Part shown: positions 40,060-44,482 of the stretch, one piece after another | How the letters are laid out: each line of letters begins with the position of its first letter | Numbering within the stretch: the first letter of the stretch is position 1 | Origin: an uncultured Gammaproteobacteria bacterium | Lineage (GTDB): Bacteria; Patescibacteriota; Microgenomatia; Levybacterales; UBA12049 | DNA length: 44,482 nt | Direction of reading: 5' to 3' | Assembly (NCBI GenBank): GCA_964562445.1 | Contig: CAZLSZ010000006.1 | Location: forward strand, 1-44,482 | Position numbers and translations under genes: made by a program | The notes under the pieces: model-generated | The model's database searches: none | What the model was told of the DNA's origin: nothing | Seen by the model: only the letters and a program-made list of their open reading frames with translations

Positions 40060-41013
40060 ATGAATAAAAAAATACTTTTATTATTAGGAATACTACTAAT
40101 TTTTATCGTTACCCTTGTCTATATCAGTGGTAAGTCAGGGAATACACCCGCGATTTCATCTCAGAAGATGAAGGTAAACGCATCTATATATCCTTTATAT
40201 TATTTTGCTTCCATCATCGGAGGAGATAAAGTAGAAGTAAAAAATCTTATACCATCAGGAGTAGAACCGCATGAATATGACCCGACCGCGAAAGATATTG
40301 CGGCTATTGAAGATAGCTCCATATTATTGCTTAATGGTATTTTGGAAAATTGGGGGGATAAGATGAAGAGTAATCTGCAAAATGCTGATGTCCTCATCGT
40401 GACGACCGGAGACGGCCTTTTTTCTCTTGATGCACACCATACTCATGATGGTGGTCATACTGCCGAAGAACATACTACAGAAGCAAAAGACCCACACATA
40501 TGGCTTGATCCACTACTTGCCAAAAAACAATCACAGAAGATAACGGAAGCTTTTGTACAAGAAGATCCCGCAAACGCTGAATATTATAAAAAGAATAGCG
40601 CGGAGTTGGATGCAAAGTTTGATAGGTTGCATACGGCTTTTGCCACAGGTCTTGCGACTTGCAAAAGCCGTGATATTATCACCTCGCATGAAGCGTTTGG
40701 CTATCTCGCCAAAGCATACAATCTTCAGCAGGAGTCAATAGCAGGTCTTTCTACAGAAACGGAACCTTCCACAAAAGAACTTGCTGAAGTTGTGCGATTT
40801 GCAAAAGAACACGATACAAAATATATCTTTTTTGAGAGTCTTGTCAGCCCGAAATTATCTGAGACTATCGCGCGGGAAGTAGGAGCGAAGACAATGGTAC
40901 TTGATCCTATCGAAGGGATACCACAAGATGATATAATACAGGGAAAGAATTACTTTACAGTAATGGAAGATAATTTGAAAAATCTGCAGATAGCACTCGA
41001 ATGTACAGAGTAG
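40060..41013 (+). CDS. znuA: Metal ABC transporter substrate-binding protein (ZnuA-like, His-rich loop)
   Basis: Signal/TM sequence, GVEPHEYDPT, the His-rich loop DAHHTHDGGHTAEEHTTEAKDPHIW, and TSHEAFGYL. Confidence 0.8.
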   Translation: MNKKILLLLGILLIFIVTLVYISGKSGNTPAISSQKMKVNASIYPLYYFASIIGGDKVEVKNLIPSGVEPHEYDPTAKDIAAIEDSSILLLNGILENWGDKMKSNLQNADVLIVTTGDGLFSLDAHHTHDGGHTAEEHTTEAKDPHIWLDPLLAKKQSQKITEAFVQEDPANAEYYKKNSAELDAKFDRLHTAFATGLATCKSRDIITSHEAFGYLAKAYNLQQESIAGLSTETEPSTKELAEVVRFAKEHDTKYIFFESLVSPKLSETIAREVGAKTMVLDPIEGIPQDDIIQGKNYFTVMEDNLKNLQIALECTE

Positions 41014-41750
41014 ACCACAAACATACTATAGTAGAACTACAAGGTGTCAGTTTCTCATACGGAAAAGAAAAAGTAATCAATGACGTATCTTTCAGTATTC
41101 ATAAAGGAGATTATGTCGGTATCGTCGGTCCGAATGGTGGGGGAAAGTCGACATTGATGAAGTTGATGGTAGGATTGTTGACTCCCGATGAAGGGAGGAT
41201 ATCGTTATTCGGGACGCCGATAAAAACATTTCGTGATTGGTATAAGATCGGTTATATCCCGCAACACTCAACATTTGATAAAAATTTTCCCATAACAGTA
41301 GAAGAAGTAGTACTTCTGGGAAGATATGGCAAGATCGGTCTTTTTCATCAACCCACAGCAGACGATAAAGCACAGGTAGTAAAAGCACTCAAAGAGGTAG
41401 AAATGTATGAGTACCGCAAACGACAGATTCATGATCTATCAGGTGGTCAGCAACAACGGGTATTTATCGCCAAAGCACTTGCCTCAGAGCCTGAAGTTAT
41501 TTTCTTGGATGAGCCGACAGTGGGAGTAGATGTAAAAACCCAAAAACAATTTTACACGCTTCTGAGAAAATTGAATAGAGAATTACAATTGACACTCATC
41601 CTGGTGAGTCATGAACTTGATGTTGTCGCTCATGAGTCGACAGAACTCGGATATATCAATTGTACGATGGAATATTATGGTGAGCCTGAAGAATTCCTCA
41701 AAGGAAAGTATTTCCATGAATTGATAGGGAAGAAAGGAATGCATCACTGA
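41001..41750 (+). CDS. znuC: Metal ABC transporter ATPase (ZnuC-like)
   Basis: GPNGGGKST (Walker A), LSGGQQQR and IFLDEPT. Confidence 0.85.
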   Translation: MYRVDHKHTIVELQGVSFSYGKEKVINDVSFSIHKGDYVGIVGPNGGGKSTLMKLMVGLLTPDEGRISLFGTPIKTFRDWYKIGYIPQHSTFDKNFPITVEEVVLLGRYGKIGLFHQPTADDKAQVVKALKEVEMYEYRKRQIHDLSGGQQQRVFIAKALASEPEVIFLDEPTVGVDVKTQKQFYTLLRKLNRELQLTLILVSHELDVVAHESTELGYINCTMEYYGEPEEFLKGKYFHELIGKKGMHH

Positions 41751-42562
41751 TGTTTGATTTATTTCAGTATAGTTTTGTTGTCAGAGGGCTTGAAGCCGGT
41801 CTGGTTGTTGGGAGTATCGCGCCGATTATAGGTATTTTTCTTGTGTTGCGGAGATATTCGCTCATTACGGATACGCTGGCGCATGTCTCTCTTGCCGGGA
41901 TCGCGATCGGATTATTGCTGAAAATTAATCCGCTTCTTTCGGCAATCGGTTGGACGGTTGTTTCTTCATTACTTATAGAAAAATTACGCCTCAGTAAAAA
42001 AGTGGACGGAGAAGCTGCATTATCTTTGTTTCTTTCCGGTAGTCTAGCACTTGCTATCGTGCTTATCAGCGCGTCGGGTGGGTTTCGGGTGGATGTCTTC
42101 AATTATCTTTTTGGGAGTATAACGACGGTGAAACAAACGGATATTTACATTATCAGTATATTGGGAGCGGTTGTCGTGAGTGTGATTGCGTTATTTTATA
42201 AAGAGTTCGTGTATACTACATTTGATGAAGAGGCGGCGCGGGTAAGCGGTATCCGTACAAAATTACTCAATTTTCTTTTGATCGTTTTGACCGCGCTTAC
42301 GATTTCTCTTTCGATTCCTATTGTAGGCGCACTTCTTATTTCGGCATTGATTGTTATTCCAGTTATCAGTGCATTGCAGTTCAGGACGAGTTTTCTCAAA
42401 ACGATTCTGATCGCGGAAGGGTATTCTCTTTCTTCTGTATTATTGGGTATTATTTGCTCATACTATTGGAATCTCTCCAGTGGAGGTACCATCGTGCTAT
42501 TTACCATCGCTTTTTTCATCCTCACGTTACTTGTACAGAATGGGAGAGGGAAGAGGATATAA
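41750..42562 (+). CDS. znuB: Metal ABC transporter permease (ZnuB-like, ABC-3 family)
   Basis: A polytopic membrane protein whose ATG overlaps the znuC stop. It shows ABC-3 family features (DTLAHVSLAG and EEAARVSGI). Confidence 0.8.
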   Translation: MFDLFQYSFVVRGLEAGLVVGSIAPIIGIFLVLRRYSLITDTLAHVSLAGIAIGLLLKINPLLSAIGWTVVSSLLIEKLRLSKKVDGEAALSLFLSGSLALAIVLISASGGFRVDVFNYLFGSITTVKQTDIYIISILGAVVVSVIALFYKEFVYTTFDEEAARVSGIRTKLLNFLLIVLTALTISLSIPIVGALLISALIVIPVISALQFRTSFLKTILIAEGYSLSSVLLGIICSYYWNLSSGGTIVLFTIAFFILTLLVQNGRGKRI

Positions 42563-42568
42563 TATATC

Positions 42569-42638
42569 GTCATTCTGGCTTGTCCAGAATCTTACAATAG
42601 ATTCTGGAGCCTGCCTGCTGGCAGGCAGGAGCAATCTC
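42569..42638 (+). repeat. Chimeric repeat: family-B 5' half fused to a family-A long-form half (reverse)
   Basis: gtcattctggcttgtccagaatcttacaatagattctggag + cctgcctgctggcaggcaggagcaatctc. Confidence 0.8.
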
Positions 42639-42705
42639 AAATAACTACGAACTAAAAACTCATAACAACACTTTTAGTTTTCAGTTTTTTGTTATTAGTT
42701 ACTTA
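42639..42705. repeat. Family-C modules, inverted pair
   Basis: aaataactacgaactaaaaactcataacaacac / ttttagttttcagttttttgttattagttactta. Confidence 0.65.
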
Positions 42706-42733
42706 GAGATGCCGAAATAAATTCAGCATGACA
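42706..42733 (+). repeat. Family-A-like short repeat (GAGATGCC...GCATGACA)
   Basis: gagatgccgaaataaattcagcatgaca. It contains the spurious ATG at 42728. Confidence 0.6.
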
Positions 42734-42808
42734 AGTGTGTGTAAAGGAGATAAATCCCGTAAGAAGCTTGTCGCATTACGCTTTAATCCCTGCTACAATG
42801 ATAGTCTA

Positions 42809-44170
42809 ATGACGCAAAAAGAGGCACTCGATATCCTCAAGCTCGGTTATAATGTATTTCTCACAGGACCCGCAGGGTCCGGAAAAACATATCTTCTTAA
42901 TCAATATATTGACTATCTCAAAGCCAATAAAATTCCTGTGGGGATCACTGCATCGACAGGCATCGCGGCGACACATATGGGTGGTGTGACGATCCATAGT
43001 TGGGCCGGCATCGGTATCAAGGACGTCCTGCATGATAAGGACATATCGGATATTGTCAAAAAACCGTATTTACGAAAAAGAATTCTCCGTACAAAAGTAC
43101 TTATTATTGATGAAATATCTATGCTGCATGCACATCGGCTTGATCTGGTCGATAAAGTATGTAAAGCATTCAAAAAAAACAGTTTACCCTTCGGGGGTAT
43201 GCAGGTAATTATGTGCGGTGACTTTTTTCAACTGCCGCCGGTGAGTAAAAAAGATGAACCGGCGGCAAAATTTGTTACGGATTCTACCATATGGAATACC
43301 ATGCATCTGCAAATATGCTATCTGGAAGAACAATACCGTCAGGATGACCGGTCATTCCTCAGAGTTCTTAACGACATCCGCAATAGCGAGGTGAGCGAGA
43401 TGACGTTTGAATATCTGAGTGAGCGGCTGGATAAAGCTGTAGATGGATATTCTAAACCGACACGACTATTTACACATAACGCGGATGTAGACTCTATTAA
43501 TCAAAAACATCTGGAAGAACTTGCCGGTGAAGCAAAAGAATATATCATGAGTTGGAAAGGAAACTTCCAGTTGACTGAGACCCTTAAAAAAAGTTGTCTT
43601 GCTCCTGAGAGTCTACAACTTAAAAAAGGCGCGCAGGTAATGTTTGTAAAAAATAATTTTGATGTGGGATATGTTAATGGGACATTGGGAGAGGTTATTG
43701 ATTTCGACCGTAAGGGTTTACCCATCGTCCGGACGTTTGAAGGAAATGAGATCGTGGTAGGTGAAGTGAGTTGGGAAGTGCGTGAAGAATCGGTCGGATT
43801 AGTTTCTTCTGAAGTAAATGTCATTGCTGCGATCAGCCAGTTGCCTCTCAGACTTGCGTGGGCGATAACAATTCATAAAAGTCAGGGGATGAGTCTTGAT
43901 GCCGCGGAAATCGACCTCAGTCGCGCGTTTATCGCCGGTATGGGGTATGTGGCACTTTCTCGTGTCCGCAATCTCAAAGGGTTGAAATTAATGGGGATGA
44001 ATCAGACCGCGCTGCAGGTAAACGCAGAGGTCGCGGAGTTGGATAGACAATTCTTGCAGGAATCCAATCAGGCAGTGATGCGACTGCATGCAGTATCAAA
44101 ATCTGATGTAGAGAAGAAGCAGAAAGAGGTCTTAGAATATTTTAAACATTCAGGAAAATTGTCATTGTGA
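42809..44170 (+). CDS. Pif1/RecD-family (SF1B) DNA helicase
   Basis: LTGPAGSGKTYLL, IIDEISML, GDFFQLPPV and ITIHKSQGMSLD. ATG 42809 (MTQKEALDIL) is preferred over the repeat-derived start 42728. Confidence 0.85.
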   Translation: MTQKEALDILKLGYNVFLTGPAGSGKTYLLNQYIDYLKANKIPVGITASTGIAATHMGGVTIHSWAGIGIKDVLHDKDISDIVKKPYLRKRILRTKVLIIDEISMLHAHRLDLVDKVCKAFKKNSLPFGGMQVIMCGDFFQLPPVSKKDEPAAKFVTDSTIWNTMHLQICYLEEQYRQDDRSFLRVLNDIRNSEVSEMTFEYLSERLDKAVDGYSKPTRLFTHNADVDSINQKHLEELAGEAKEYIMSWKGNFQLTETLKKSCLAPESLQLKKGAQVMFVKNNFDVGYVNGTLGEVIDFDRKGLPIVRTFEGNEIVVGEVSWEVREESVGLVSSEVNVIAAISQLPLRLAWAITIHKSQGMSLDAAEIDLSRAFIAGMGYVALSRVRNLKGLKLMGMNQTALQVNAEVAELDRQFLQESNQAVMRLHAVSKSDVEKKQKEVLEYFKHSGKLSL

Positions 44171-44174
44171 TTTC

Positions 44175-44212
44175 TGTCATCCAGATCCTGCAAAGCAGGA
44201 GAAGGATATCTC
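44175..44212 (-). repeat. Family-A hairpin repeat, reverse
   Basis: tgtcatccagatcctgcaaagcaggagaaggatatctc. Confidence 0.8.
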
Positions 44213-44243
44213 ACGCATGTGGGTAATATGATCGCATACGCGA

Positions 44244-44279
44244 GAGATGTTTCTCCGGCAGAGCCGGATCAGCATGACA
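44244..44279 (+). repeat. Family-A-like hairpin repeat
   Basis: gagatgtttctccggcagagccggatcagcatgaca. Confidence 0.7.
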
Positions 44280-44285
44280 ATAATG

Positions 44286-44354
44286 GTCATTCTGGCTTGT
44301 CCAGAATCCTATAATAGATTCTGGAGTCCTCACTTCGTTCGTCCCCAGAATGAC
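44286..44354 (+). repeat. Family-B repeat (full length)
   Basis: gtcattctggcttgtccagaatcctataatagattctggagtcctcacttcgttcgtccccagaatgac. Confidence 0.85.
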
Positions 44355-44356
44355 CA

Positions 44357-44387
44357 GTAGTTTTTTATTTTCAGTTCGTAGTTATTT
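44357..44387 (-). repeat. Family-C module abutting a family-A repeat
   Basis: gtagttttttattttcagttcgtagttattt. Confidence 0.6.
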
Positions 44388-44421
44388 GAGATTGCTCCTG
44401 CTTTGCAGGATCGTTATGACG
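44388..44421 (+). repeat. Family-A hairpin repeat
   Basis: gagattgctcctgctttgcaggatcgttatgacg. Confidence 0.8.
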
Positions 44422-44482
44422 AATATTATTGAATAAGTCGCGATACATATTGGAATCTCATTAGAGGAGATTCTATGGCAAC

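Noticed and set aside
4929-44421. Could the recurring ~35-60-bp repeats be CRISPR arrays?
   Set aside because: The copies are dispersed singly or in mixed clusters between genes and occur in both orientations. They lack regular unique spacers of constant length, and the units are internally palindromic with variable cores. No cas genes are present.
44475-44482. ATG at 44475 preceded by an AGGAG within a small hairpin (gaatctc...gagattc), possibly the start of the next gene
   Set aside because: Only 8 nt of coding sequence lie inside the window, which is too little to support a call.
1-44482. Alternative genetic code (UGA recoding, as in some CPR lineages)
   Set aside because: All conserved genes read through as full-length proteins with standard stops, TGA included (e.g. 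the 350-781 ORF). No in-frame TGA interrupts any recognised gene.

Overview
This is a 44.5-kb chromosomal window, AT-rich by eye, read in the standard genetic code and packed with short housekeeping genes on both strands. Gene style suggests a reduced-genome Patescibacteria/CPR-like bacterium, which is inference only: PT-rich linkers, a pilin-head protein, membrane-anchored vWA and Hint proteins, a split transketolase, a very short EF-Ts and archaeal-type CoA enzymes. Recognisable content, in order: (1) a thymidylate-cycle cluster (dcd-like, thyA, DNPH1/Rcl-like, folA, glyA); (2) rpsB-tsf-frr-rseP; (3) oxidative pentose-phosphate genes (pgl-zwf-gnd); (4) a T-box leader followed by a minimal proB-like kinase and proS; (5) rpsU-ybeY; (6) dnaX-ybaB-prs-recR; (7) cysS, a divergent uppS-like gene and a PPAT/DUF359 fusion; (8) PBP1A plus a GH18-like hydrolase; (9) a PfkB kinase, fba and the split transketolase; (10) an orphan receiver; (11) zur-znuACB; (12) a Pif1-like helicase. 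I saw no rRNA, tRNA, CRISPR array, transposase or integrase. Five things stand out. (a) A G+C-richer insertion of about 2.2 kb carries a 678-aa orphan gene and is bracketed by diverged 109-bp direct repeats that duplicate a gene 3' end plus a promoter. (b) An operon encodes a membrane-anchored protein ending in a cargo-less Hint (intein-like) domain, followed by a vWA protein. (c) A modular family of hairpin repeats has conserved termini (GAGATTGC...GCAATGACA), variable self-complementary cores and higher-order palindromic composites. It fills most intergenic space and corrupts several ORF-track start calls. (d) The T-box terminator also sequesters the Shine-Dalgarno sequence of the downstream proB-like gene. 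(e) Near-consensus promoters frequently sit 4-11 nt from start codons, implying leaderless or near-leaderless mRNAs. All functional calls rest on motifs recognised by eye, and no database search was possible.
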